This document shows positions 1-11,547 of a DNA stretch of 64,000 bases, one piece after another. Under the pieces are notes generated by a model. It made no database searches. It saw only the letters and a list, made by a program, of their open reading frames with translations, and had not been told where the DNA came from. The stretch is from Sphagnum compactum (Eukaryota): NCBI GenBank assembly GCA_965153455.1, contig OZ234494.1, positions 9,858,001 through 9,922,000 on the forward strand. The letters run 5' to 3'. Every line of letters begins with the position of its first letter. The stretch's first letter is position 1. A program made the position numbers and the translations under genes.

Positions 1-3000
1 CCTTGTTTCCATTGTTGTCGTGTGTAAACACTCCTAGCCAAAAATCGGAGAAAACGTTCTTCCTGTAAACCCTAAAACTTCTTCCTATTCACATCCAAAC
101 CCTAAAGTTAAAAATTTGTTACAAGGCCTTGTGACAAGAACAAAGGTTTTTTTCTTCGAAAAAGATGGCCCTTTGTTGCCACATTATGAACAACTTCTCT
201 TTGAAGTCACCATATTTGTTGTAGCATGTTGCCAAAGTATAGCCTAAACTTTTCTATTGTCCTCTTGAGATGTAGACAAATTTCAAGCAAATTTTCAAGT
301 ATTGTATGAAGTCCATTGGTGATGCCAAAGTTTGGGAATTTTTAAAAATTCTTTCATTTTGTGGGTTGAATTAGTGGTGGTTTGCTGGGAAGGTGGGTTC
401 ATATACAAGATCAAGTACCTAGTTCCCTAATAGCTATCACAATACCTTACCTTTGTGTCAATAGAAAGACTCTTTGACAATTGACTCAGTTAGCTTAACT
501 ATCCTCTAAATGGGACACCAAAGAAATAAAATGGGATTTAGGTTCAATGAATGTGAATATATAGTTGTGAAGAACTACTTGTAGAATTTCATTTGTTGAA
601 TATGACCATCAAGCCAAGTTGTGAAATAACTAAAACAAGTAGAATTTTACTTCTTGGGAACATGATTTCTATAAAATTGTTCCAAAACTAGTTGTGGTTT
701 TGTATTTTAATCATAAAGCATCAAGCAAATTTTTGTAGTGTAATTGGAGAGGACCTTTAATACATAAAAGTTGTCCACTTCTCCTCTTTGAAGGATGGGT
801 GTTTCAAAAGAATGTAATGCTCACTCGGATTGACATTTTGTTTTTGGAACACGTGCTTTCTTTCTTCTTGTGATACGTAACAAGTATCTGCTGGGTATCA
901 TGGGAAAAAAATAAAAATTGCCTAATGCTTTATGCTCAATAAAGCTCTTGACCACGGGCTTTACCCAAGTCGGTCCTGCCTCACACAGGCCCTTAGTCCC
1001 ATAAAGCCCACAACCTCAGACTTTAGCCTGAAAACCAAAAGCACCTTTCAAGATATGATGAAACAAAGAAACTGGCTACTAATCAAGAGCTTGCCACCAC
1101 CCTTCCCTCTCCTTCCCCCTCCCCCCTCCCCTCTCTTTGGCATCAACATGTAGGCAAGCCTCATGTGCAAATTGGATGAAAATCATTGTCAAGTTCATTC
1201 TTGAAATCAATGTACAATAATATAATTCATTTACCCAGTCCCCAATGGTATCATCAAAACTAGTGCTGAGAGTACTATTCAAATCTTGATCAACAATTTT
1301 CTTGGTTCATGTTCATTGACGCACAAGATTGTCTAAGACTCAACCTAAAAGGGTTCATAGCAATGAAAGCACATTATTGGCAAATATTATTATGGACTTT
1401 ATAGAAGTGAATTGACCAGGTATTTATTCCAAGTGCATAATAAATAGCATTTAATCCAAGGTGTTGTCATTTTGGATAAGTGAAAGTGCATGAGAGGCCA
1501 ACTCCTGGCCAGGGCTGAAAATGAGAAAAAGTGACAGAAGGAGGGGAAATGCACATGACAAGCTCCCCCCCCTCCCCCCCCTAATGTACACACCAGTTGA
1601 ACCCAACACTTATTAGACAACTTTGAACCAATGACAGACATATATTTTTGTTGCAAATCAAGCCATTCTTTTCACCTTTGAGAACTTCAACACAAGAAGA
1701 AACTAATAAATCCTTGCCAAACTTCCAACCAAAGAAGTGAGGAGTGATGACCATAATACATACTCCCCTACAGTCTTTTTCATTGACCCGTTCCAATGGC
1801 ACGGACGTTCGTTGTACCATTTAGTCGAAGGAAGGGTCGGTCATTTTCAAATCGTTGTACAACATGATCTCCGATCTCCAATCTAATGTGTCGTATGAAG
1901 TGTACCCCTGCAATTGGATTTTTGAACTGGAATGGATTTGGAATTTTCATTAAAAAGAAAACAATGCAAGTTGGAACTGACATTGGAAGTTTAGGAATTT
2001 TGAAGATGTGCGTGTTTGGAATCCCACCGATCATTTCCATAAGATTGAAATTTATTTTAGCCGGGATGAGATGAGAGAGCTCTTTCCAAAACCCGGAGAT
2101 GGAAAACATCAATTCAAACACCCATCCTAAAATGTTGGATTGGATAATAAAGACCCTTTCCTACTATGATTGTCACATGAAATAACAAAAACCAAATATT
2201 AATACAATTAGGTCATCTCAAAAGGGGAGGGAATCCCAAGCTAAGGAAATAAATACTACTTTCTCTTGAGTCTCGACTCCGTGTTTGTTGCCCTTAAAAA
2301 ATCTGCTAAACAATATTCTTAAGCAATCATTTGTACTTGTAACAACTATATGTTAAAGTTAATGTCCCAAGAAAGAAAGAAAGAAAGAAAGACCTTTAAA
2401 GACATTTAAAATTAAAAAAAACCCTAAACCCTAAACCCTTTCAGAATTTAGGTTTTCAATGTTCATATGTGTGGAAACATCAACTCTTAGACTTCCATGC
2501 AATCAATTATTAAGCATACGTCCATCCTCAATCATTCACGAGATCGGTAGTAGTGTATCAAAGCTTTTGATTGTCTCTCTTGCATCCATTAGGATAAGTG
2601 TTTTTTTCTTTGGGTGAATTTGTGCAAGTTGCTACCCAAGGTATGTATGTGGTTGCAACTTGCTATCTATCTACCCAATGTATATATATATATATATATA
2701 TATATTCACGAAACATATTAAATTTAGATGTAAGTACCATCCTTGTGATCCCAATCATAACCCCCTAACCTAACCTAGAACCATGATTTCTTTGAACGTT
2801 GCATTTTAAAAAATCCCAAATCCACAATTTACGAAACAACAAGGTCTAGTTATGGTGAAAACGTTGTGTCAATCCGAGAACAAAAATATAAAAAAATCAT
2901 TGAACATTCCCAATCTTTGAAACAATGAAGTAGTAGTAGTACTATCTTTTTTTATTTCTTCAACACCTCGACATCATTTTACAATAATATTGTTCAATTG

Positions 3001-4832
3001 AAATTGGTTTGAAACACTCACTCACCAATGACCATGTTGTCATTTATTAACAAGTTTGGACTTCCCATTTGTACGCCATGTAACCGTGTTCGCCTATTGA
3101 TGTCACACATAAAAAATATGGCGTTAGAGCCTCCTTAGAGCATAATATTGGTACTTGATGAAGAAGTCTAGCCCCAAATTGTAGTAAGGAGTCTTCCCCA
3201 AAATTGAGAAAATAGTATACCTATAGTATATCTAAATAACAAATGGATTGGGGTTGAAATAGGTGCATGTGATGTTACACTAGACGTTGCCCAAAGTGAC
3301 AAGGGCTTAGGCTCCGGATGGATGGATGCACGCATGTGGTCGCCAACCAAATTGCAAACAACCGAAGGAAGCCAATTGCTACGTCTTCTGAAGTATATAT
3401 AATTATTTACCTCGTGTGGCATCTTTTGCACCTCGAGGCCCACCTTTTATTGGTTTTTCCTTGCCCGTACATATAAGACTTGTTATAACCTAACGATTCA
3501 TTATGCTTCTCTTTTTCTTTTCATCATCAACCATTATTATTATGGTCTTTTTTTTTTAATTTCATCATCAACATCATCACTAGGGTGGACTTTAAAATTA
3601 TTACTTATGAAAAAAGTTGTCAAACAAATTAGTACAAAACCCCTCATCATTTAGGCAATTGCATTATACACCCAAATGATTAGGTTTTTGTAAGTAAGAA
3701 AGTAATGCCTTTTTCCTTATTAATGGAGGCTCATGGTATCCTATTCTCTTGAACACCCAATCTTAACGTCCACCTGCCTTTAGTGTCATAAGCCTTTTAT
3801 GACCCATGTCAGGGTTTTTATGTGAATGCATGCACAAAAAACACAATAATACCAAGTAAGTAGGTACCTTTTCTTTGTGTTTTTTTTAGGGTTTTGATTT
3901 GCATGTGACATGAAGAAGGAAACCCAATTTTTTCTAAGAACTACTACTTCAAACTTCTAGCCTAGTCCTTTGCTTTTTTTTCCCATCCTTGTTGGCACTT
4001 GGGATATTCATCCACTTTGGGATGAAAAGTAGTGGATGATATATTGTGGATGAATGAGTATTGCCCCCTTCCTTACTCCCCACGTATGCATATATATATA
4101 TATATGTGTGTGTGTGTGTATATATAAAGTATATCCAAGGATACAAACACACATACACACACATACATATTATAAATTAATATATCATCTATTTTAACTA
4201 ATGTTCAATTCCATTTCTTCTTATATACATCTCATTCCATGACCTAACATGCAAATTGGCATGTACATGTATACATGAAAATGTTTCATATTTGTATACA
4301 TTGTACATTGTATGAAAATTTCCCATACAACGGACAAAAATTTCGAAAATATTCATGAAATCTAATTTTTTGTATCATTTTTTTTTATCAATCTATATCC
4401 ATAATTTTTTTTCCACAAATAAGGAGCCTATACATCATTTCTTCTACACTCACATACATAATTTATACATACAATGTGTGTACAATCATATTTTCCCAAC
4501 ACACTTGTATACATCATTTAAAAATATAATAATAAAAAGTATATTTCAAAAACAATTCATACATGTATAATAAATACCTAGACATCTTCTTTTAATTGCA
4601 TACAAAACCTTTTCCTTTTTTTTTTCTTTTTTTTCTTTTTTTGTATTCATAGACATGTTGGGGGGGGGGGGAAGAGGGGGGTAGGGGAGGGGCTAATAAG
4701 TTCCCCCCATTTCCCAACGGCAATAAGGACTGTCAGAAATAATATTGGTTTTTATGTTTTTTGTTGAGTGGAAATAAATAATGTACCTCGCAAGTACTCC
4801 AACGGTGCACCATAATTCCTATTTTCTTTTTA

Positions 4833-5374
4833 TTTGTAGCCAAAGTGGCGATCATCCCTAGGAAGATTTAGTCAAATATGGCTATACACCAGAAATAAAA
4901 TACAAATCTTTGATATTCCTTGTACATGTTTTGGTTACACAATAGAAACCAAGTATATGACTCTGGAAATTTTTATCTTTAATTTTTCTCACTTCTGGCG
5001 ACTTAAAACTTGCAAAATCACTTCTTTTTTTTTAATAAATTTCTGTTTCTGGAGATATTTCGCCAGTAGAAAAACACTTTTGGGCAGCTTTTTAAATATT
5101 TTACTGGCGATTATCGCCAAAATGCGAATTCAAAAAATTGAAAAATGAGTGATTTTTGGAGGTTTTCAGTAGTAGCCAGAAATGAGAGGGAAAAAAAGGG
5201 TAAAAATCGCCAGAGTCATATATGTGGTTTTGATGGTGCAGCCAAATAATATAGAAGGATGATTACAGATTTGTTCATAATTTCTGGGGTATAGCCATAT
5301 TTGACTAAATCTTCCTACAAACGATCGCCACTTTAGCTACAAACTAAAGAAATTCCTAAAAAAAGAAAACACTG
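4833..5374. mobile_element. Two head-to-head copies of a non-autonomous hAT-type MITE (about 4833-5078 and 5085-5374) forming an inverted repeat with arms of about 200 bp
   Basis: tttgtagccaaagtggcgatc..ggaagatttagtcaaatatggctata (from 4833) is the reverse complement of tatagccatatttgactaaatcttcc..gatcgccactttagctacaaa (to 5343). The copies end in aaaaacact (5078) and gaaaacactg (5374). Confidence 0.75.
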
Positions 5375-5382
5375 CTCTAAGG

Positions 5383-5643
5383 CAATAATTTGTTTGTTCA
5401 ATTTTGTGTTGTTGCTCAAGTGACAATCGTTCATTCGTAAGTTTATATAGCCAAATTTGGCAATGCTTAAAATATGAAAGTAAAAAATCCGTGTAGGAAA
5501 TTATGGCGAATTTTATGGATTTTTTTGGGTTTTTGGGGTATTTTTCTTATATTTAAAAAAGGGAATTTGCAACAGAATCATCTTTTTTCTCGAAATAGTT
5601 TCCACAAAATGGCGAAAACTCGCCACAAATTTAAAAATCACTG
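5383..5643. mobile_element. Non-autonomous hAT-type MITE
   Basis: Termini caataattt and aaatcactg (degenerate CAGTGATTT TIR). Flanks ctctaagg (5375-5382) and ctctgggg (5644-5651) form a degenerate 8-bp TSD. The internal tagccaaatttgg..atatgaaagta motif is shared with other copies. Confidence 0.65.
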
Positions 5644-6727
5644 CTCTGGGGTGGTGGCCGTTGGGGATCTCTTCGTGTTCGTGGCGGCGAACTTCGCTCC
5701 CATGTCTGTGTTGCGGGCATTGTCGCGAGGTGGCACGCTCGCTGGCTGCTGCAGAGTTTCTTTTATGATGTTTACTGTGTTCCTCATCAAGTCCAGGATC
5801 GGGTGTTGCAGGAAATTTTCATTGATCACGCCGCAGGGAGACGTGTAAAACAAACACAGAAAGAGAGAGAGAGAGAGAGAGCTACAGTTGCAGACGTTTG
5901 TAGCAATGTAGAGCTTTCACTGCTGAGCCCCTCTCTTTCATTGCAGAGCTCTTCTCTTTCATTGCTCCTAATTGCATTTGCTCCAGCTTTCAATGCTCCA
6001 TGACTACCACAAGCTTTGTCGTAAAATGTGTTGCGTGATAGCTCTGAAATTAGACCGCCTATAAGGACGTTGGTTAAAGAAGCCGGATTGATAATTTTGC
6101 AGCAGCCCCCCCCCCGACTCCCCCTTTATTCCTCGTCCTTGTTGTTTGTTTTTGAAGTAGCGATATTGGGTTGCCATTATCTTCGCCACTCTGCCTTTTT
6201 TTTCCTGACTCTAATTGCATTTTGTGGGGGGTTTTTTCTGTTTCAGAGAAACAAACTGTGAGGAGCAAACTGTTTTTTTGTTTTTTTAATAAGGTTTTTC
6301 CTGCTTCGGACTGTGTTCCTTCTTGGGGTAATTTAGTGTTGTTGTTGTGCACTGTGCCGTTGTCGTTGTGGAGCTGGTTGTTGTGTGGCATTTGGGATTT
6401 GTGGGTTTTGGTTTGGAGTGCTCAAACTCGCGGACGTCGATCGAGAATTAGTCGTTGTTGTAGGTGGGTTTTGCGTTGCTAGAATTGCAGCTTTCTGTTT
6501 CTCCGAGTGAATTAGAGCTGGAAGAAATGCGAGGAGTCGAGGCAGCTGTGAGGTAGATGGTTTTTTAGAGCTCCTCGACTAGTACGTTGCTGCTCGCTGG
6601 CTGTGTGCAGGTAGGTGATGCTGGTACCAACACCCGCGAAGGAAGAAAGGAAGCTATCTAGCTAGCTAGCTGCTGCGACAGGAGCGAGGCAGCTGGAAGA
6701 ACATACATGACTAGGTAGAGAGTTTCG

Positions 6728-9700
6728 ATGAGTGTGGAGGAGGGATTTTCTAATGCTACCCATTCAGGAGGACGACGTTGCTATAGCATCCCACAAGTCT
6801 GGAGCTCCGGCAGTTCCGGAAAGACTTGTCACTCGCGGCAGTCCAATTGCAGCTCCAAGTCGAGTAGAACAGTGACTGCAAGTTCTTGCAGAGGAGGAGG
6901 AGGAGGAGGCTCTAGTGGTGTAGTGGAATACAGAAGCAGCAGCAGCAGCAGCAGCTCTAGTAGTAGCGGTATGGACTCCGTTCCTGTTGAGAGGTCCGGC
7001 AGCTTTCAGAAGACGAAAGACGCACATACGCGGGAATCGACAACCAAAGGCTTTGCAGAAGAGTACGTCGACTTCATGAGCGACGAAGATTATTCAGAGC
7101 TGGAGCCGAGTGCGACGCAGACGGACAAGTCGACGTTTCTCTGGGTTCCTATCATCGAGAATGACAACAACAACGCGGTGGTGAAGAATCCACCCTCGCG
7201 GCCGCCTGCAGGTTCTTCAGCAGCTTCGCAGCTTCAACATTCCAAACCTCCTGCAGCGTTTGGAAAAACCCAGGACTCTTGTCTGTGGCGTGATCCTTAC
7301 TTGCTAGCGCTAGATGCAGCTGTGGGGAGGTCGTTCACGGATCAGCGGATACCGCCTCTCAAAGCGTTGAAGACTGGGGAGTACTCAGAGAGGTACAAGC
7401 AGCATGGCATCCCCAGACCGCCACCCAGCTACAGGTATCCCATGCGAAGTGCGTTGCACAAACCGCCTCTAAAGACTTCTCCTCGATCTCATGGAGCCGC
7501 AACGGAAGTCCGCGCTGGTCAGGGGCAGCAATCATCAGCTACTGATGACTACTGCAATGAAGACGAGGAGGAAGAAGGTGCTATCAAAGCATTTGAAGTT
7601 CAAGCTGGTTCCAAAGCTGCTGCTGCGGAACGACAACGTCGCTGCAGCAGCCCAGTTCCCAACGACTCTCTTGACTCTGAACCCACAATGCCTAACCCCT
7701 TCGCGCACGCCGAGCCTCTAAAGCGAAGAAGAGGAGCTCTGGGAAGCAGCTGCTTCACATTCTCTGCTTCCGGGATACGTCGCTCCTTCACCAAGTTCCG
7801 AAGCCGTGAAGTCTTCGAGCAGAAGAAGAAGCCCACAACAACAAGAAGTCCAACAACAACAGCAGCACCAAGTCCAACGCCTGGAAGCAGCGCTCCGGGC
7901 AGCGGCGCTGCGGGTACATACGATTTGTTTAGGACGCGATGGAGTAGAATGAGCTCCGGACGTCGTCCTAGACAATTCACGAAGACTTGCCCCAAGAGGC
8001 TTGCGGATTACATGATCGACGAGGAGAAGGGACATGGCGGCGCCCGCGAGCAGGAGCAGCTGGACTTCTCCGACTTGGAAGCTCCTGCTGCTGTCGACCC
8101 TGAGTGTGGAGCTTTGCAGCAGCAGCAGCTGCCGGCCTTGAGTGTCACTCGCTACTTCGAAGCTCTGGAAGGACCCGAACTCCAAATCCCCAAAGTAAGA
8201 ACCTCTGCAATCTCTCCCCCCCCCCTCCTCTCTCTCTCTCTCTCTCTCTCTCTCAGTGCTCGCTTGCATGCATCTCTCATGCACAAGCACTTACTCAGGG
8301 TCTCCTTCCATTAGGCTGCTGTGATCACAGCAGTCTAATGGAAAAAATTCCTCACTCACTCACTCTGTCGGTTTGTTGCAGGAGTGTGAGAATCTGCTGC
8401 TACCACCAGATGAGAGATGGCCATTCCTGCTGCGGTTTCCTGTTGGGTGCTTTGGAATCTCTCTTGGGCTTGCAAGTCAAGCACTTCTGTGGAGGACTCT
8501 TGCAACATCTCAAGACTTGGGGTTTCTCCGGATTCCGAGCTGCATCAACCTCTACCTCTGGTGCTTGTGTGCCTTGTCTCTGGTGCTCATCTCCTTCATC
8601 TACATTCTGAAGTGGGTGTTCTTCTCTGAAGCAGTGAGACGAGAATTCCATCACCCACTGCGAGTGAATTTCTTCTTCACCCCATGGATTGTTGCAATGT
8701 TGCTTGTGCTCGGAGTTCCTGCAATCATCACCAAGTCCTCCATGATGATACTGCACCACCCAGCAGTGTGGTGTGTGCTCATGGCTCCCATGCTTTTACT
8801 GGAGCTCAAGCTCTATGGTGAATGGATTTCTGGAGGCGGTGACCGCAGATATCTTCTGTCCCAGTTTGCCAATCCTTCCACACATCTGTCTGTTGTTGGC
8901 AACTTCGTCGGCTCGATTCTCGCAACCACAGTTGGATGGAAAGAACCTGCACTGTTCTTCTGGGCTGTTGGTCTTGCACAATCTATCATGCTTTTTGCTG
9001 CAATTCATCAAAGCTCAATGCTGCCATCAGCATCCAAGTCTAACATTGAGGAGAAAAAAAGAACATCATTGCAGCCCAAAGAAGAACAACATCATCAACT
9101 GCACCCAGTTTTCTTCCTCTTCATTCTTGCTCCAAGTGCTGCCAGTATTGCTTGGATGCAAATTGTTGGTGATTTCGATTACGTTTCCAGACTTTTTTTC
9201 TTTGTGGCTCTTTTCCTTTATTCAGCACTCGTCCTCCGCATCAAATTCTCCAGACATGATTTCAAGTAAGAGAACAAATTCCCCCTGATCTCCCAATCTC
9301 CCCCCAAGCACCCACCTACCCATCCTTGATTGTTCCTTGATTCCTCGATTGAGTTCCCCCCTTGATTCTTGGATTCCCGATGCTTGGAAAGTCACAGCAT
9401 TTGCAACAGACAGCCATTGATTGTGTCCATCTGTCAAACGATGTGCTTGATCAAAAGCTTGCTGATGTGCATTGTGGATTTTGTTTTCTTTCTTTGCCAT
9501 CCAGTTTTTCCATTACGTGGTGGGCGTACACATTTCCAATGACAATGGCTTCCATAGCTGCAATCCTCTACTGCCATGAGGAGGCGCCAAGTTGGATAGC
9601 AAGGGGTCTGGCTATCGGACTTTCCTTTGTTTCATCAGCTGCGGTTTTCCTTCTCTGCTGTTTGACTCTCCTTCAAGCATTTGTCTGGAGGTCTCTCTTC

Positions 9701-9832
9701 CCAAATGATCTCGCGATTGCTATCACCATGCAAAGACCTAACTTCTGCAAACGCAAGGGATCTCCCACAAATGAAGACAGCAACATGAACAGTCATGGTG
9801 GTGGTCTTTACTCTATGCGTCACTTGGGTTAG
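6728..9832 (+). CDS. SLAC1: S-type anion channel, SLAC1/SLAH family (about 892 aa); exons 6728-8194, 8382-9265, 9505-9832
   Basis: Family motifs YDLFRT, RYFEALEGPEL, WPFLLRFP, REFHHPLRVNFFF, ANPSTHLSVVGNFVG, LHPVFFLF and FSITWWAYTFPMT (TM9 Phe gate). Introns 8195-8381 (phase 0) and 9266-9504 (phase 2) are GT-AG and keep frame. The symbol denotes the family; exact orthology is not established. Confidence 0.93.
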
Positions 9833-9930
9833 CTGTTATTCAAAACAATTCTTGTTGATGCATACCACTGGTTGTTTATCAGTTAAAAACAGAGGGCACT
9901 GAGTGAATGAGCACTATCAACTGTTGTTCT

Positions 9931-10213
9931 CTGGAGCTACAGATCAGTCCCCCCTGAAGCTTGATCTTGGATATGGTGCGTGAGTGACTTTGTGAGCTAT
10001 TTGGAGTTGCGGATCAGTGAGTCCCCTTGAAGCTCGATCCTATATATGGTGTATGACTTTGTGAGCTATCTGGAGTTGTGGATCAGTGACGCCTCCCCTG
10101 AAGCTCGGTCTCAGATGTGGTGTGTGTGTGACTTTGTGAGCTCTATCTGGACTTGCAGTCTCGCTGAACTCATCAATCTCGGATATATGGTGTGTGACTT
10201 TGTGAGCTTGGAG
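9931..10213. repeat. Minisatellite, about 4 copies of a 65-72 bp unit just downstream of the channel stop codon
   Basis: Recurring gatcagt..cccctgaagct..atatggtg..tgactttgtgagct; tgactttgtgagct occurs four times. Confidence 0.85.
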
Positions 10214-11547
10214 AACCTCCCAAAGAAGATTTGAAGAAAATTGTGAAAGTGAAGTACAACAATATAGACTACTACTGATGATCCTAAATTTTGTCAACAA
10301 GTTTTTTGTCAAAAGCCAAATGTAGACTTTGGGCTGTAAAATTATCCTTGGTAGATTGAGACATGAGATTCTTCAAACTAGATAGACACATGGGAAAAAC
10401 AAACAGTGGTAAAACCAGCTGTGTATTTTCAGGCATTTCACAGTCTGCTTGTACACAACTTCTTCGCCACCTCTGATGACATAAACCTGCACACTGCTTT
10501 GGCTACATACAAACCATGGCTGATGAGAAAAAGGATGGGAATGATTCCTGAACTTGAATCATAGACTCGATCATCAGAGTGCTGATAATTCAGCAGCACA
10601 AAGTACTGATAATGTATATACACTCTTTTTGTCTCAGATTACTTCAGGCTCTTTAATCAGTCACAGAACTTTCTTTATGTCAGATTTTGCCTAGTATCTC
10701 TTGAATGTGTACTGCCTTTGATGATGATGTTTTCTCCTTCTCTTGGATGCAACTACTGACTGACCCATATCCTAGAAAAATCCCAATTGCTTGATTTTGT
10801 TGAGCTTTTTATATTTCATGCAGTTGTCTGGAAGATACCAAAAATCTTCCCAGTAGGTTGTGATATTTGTTGTATTCTGCATTGTGAGAAAGTTTGGGAA
10901 AGATCACAATTGATCACATAATACCTTTGCCTCATAGCAAGCAGATGACATGGTTCAAATTTTTCCTACTTTTACAATTGGATTTCAGTTGTTCACAGGA
11001 GCAACAAACTTTGCCACTGTTCAAGTCTTGCTAAGGTTGCAGTGATTAAGGTGCATACCCACAACATGATTTTGTAACATTGTGTTTTTCAGGATGATTC
11101 GACCCCTAAAAGCCCAGCCCTTTCTATACCCAGTTTACATCTACTCAGAGTCTTGGTTAGAAATCTGGCCATATCTACGGATTCATTCATGAATGGGATT
11201 ACAAATTCAGTGACTGGATGGTAAGTTTAGACATCAAAAAAAAAAGCAATTGGTATAGATTTTGGCCAAAATGGAGCAGACGATAATGAGATGGCAAAGC
11301 TAGAATGGTTTAATTGAGTTCATTTGAGACTTGGCGACTTTGGCTCAAAGGTGGATCTCAAGTTTCTTGGTCAACTGGCTATCTAGATGTTGTATAAATG
11401 CATGGTGAATCCAATGGATGATCATCAAGGAGAATCTGATCAGTCTTCTATTAGCTAGTTAGCTAGAGCATGCAACAAGAATTCAAGTTATGGTTCCTGC
11501 CTTGACAGTATCAGAGAGAGGCTCTCTTTTCTACAGAGTGATATACT

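Noticed and set aside
2418..2438. aaaccct x3 as a telomere
   Set aside because: Only three units and interstitial; such short motifs are common in plant DNA.
7600..8759. Minus-strand ORFs of 119-190 aa
   Set aside because: They are antisense shadows of the GC-rich channel CDS with no independent homology.
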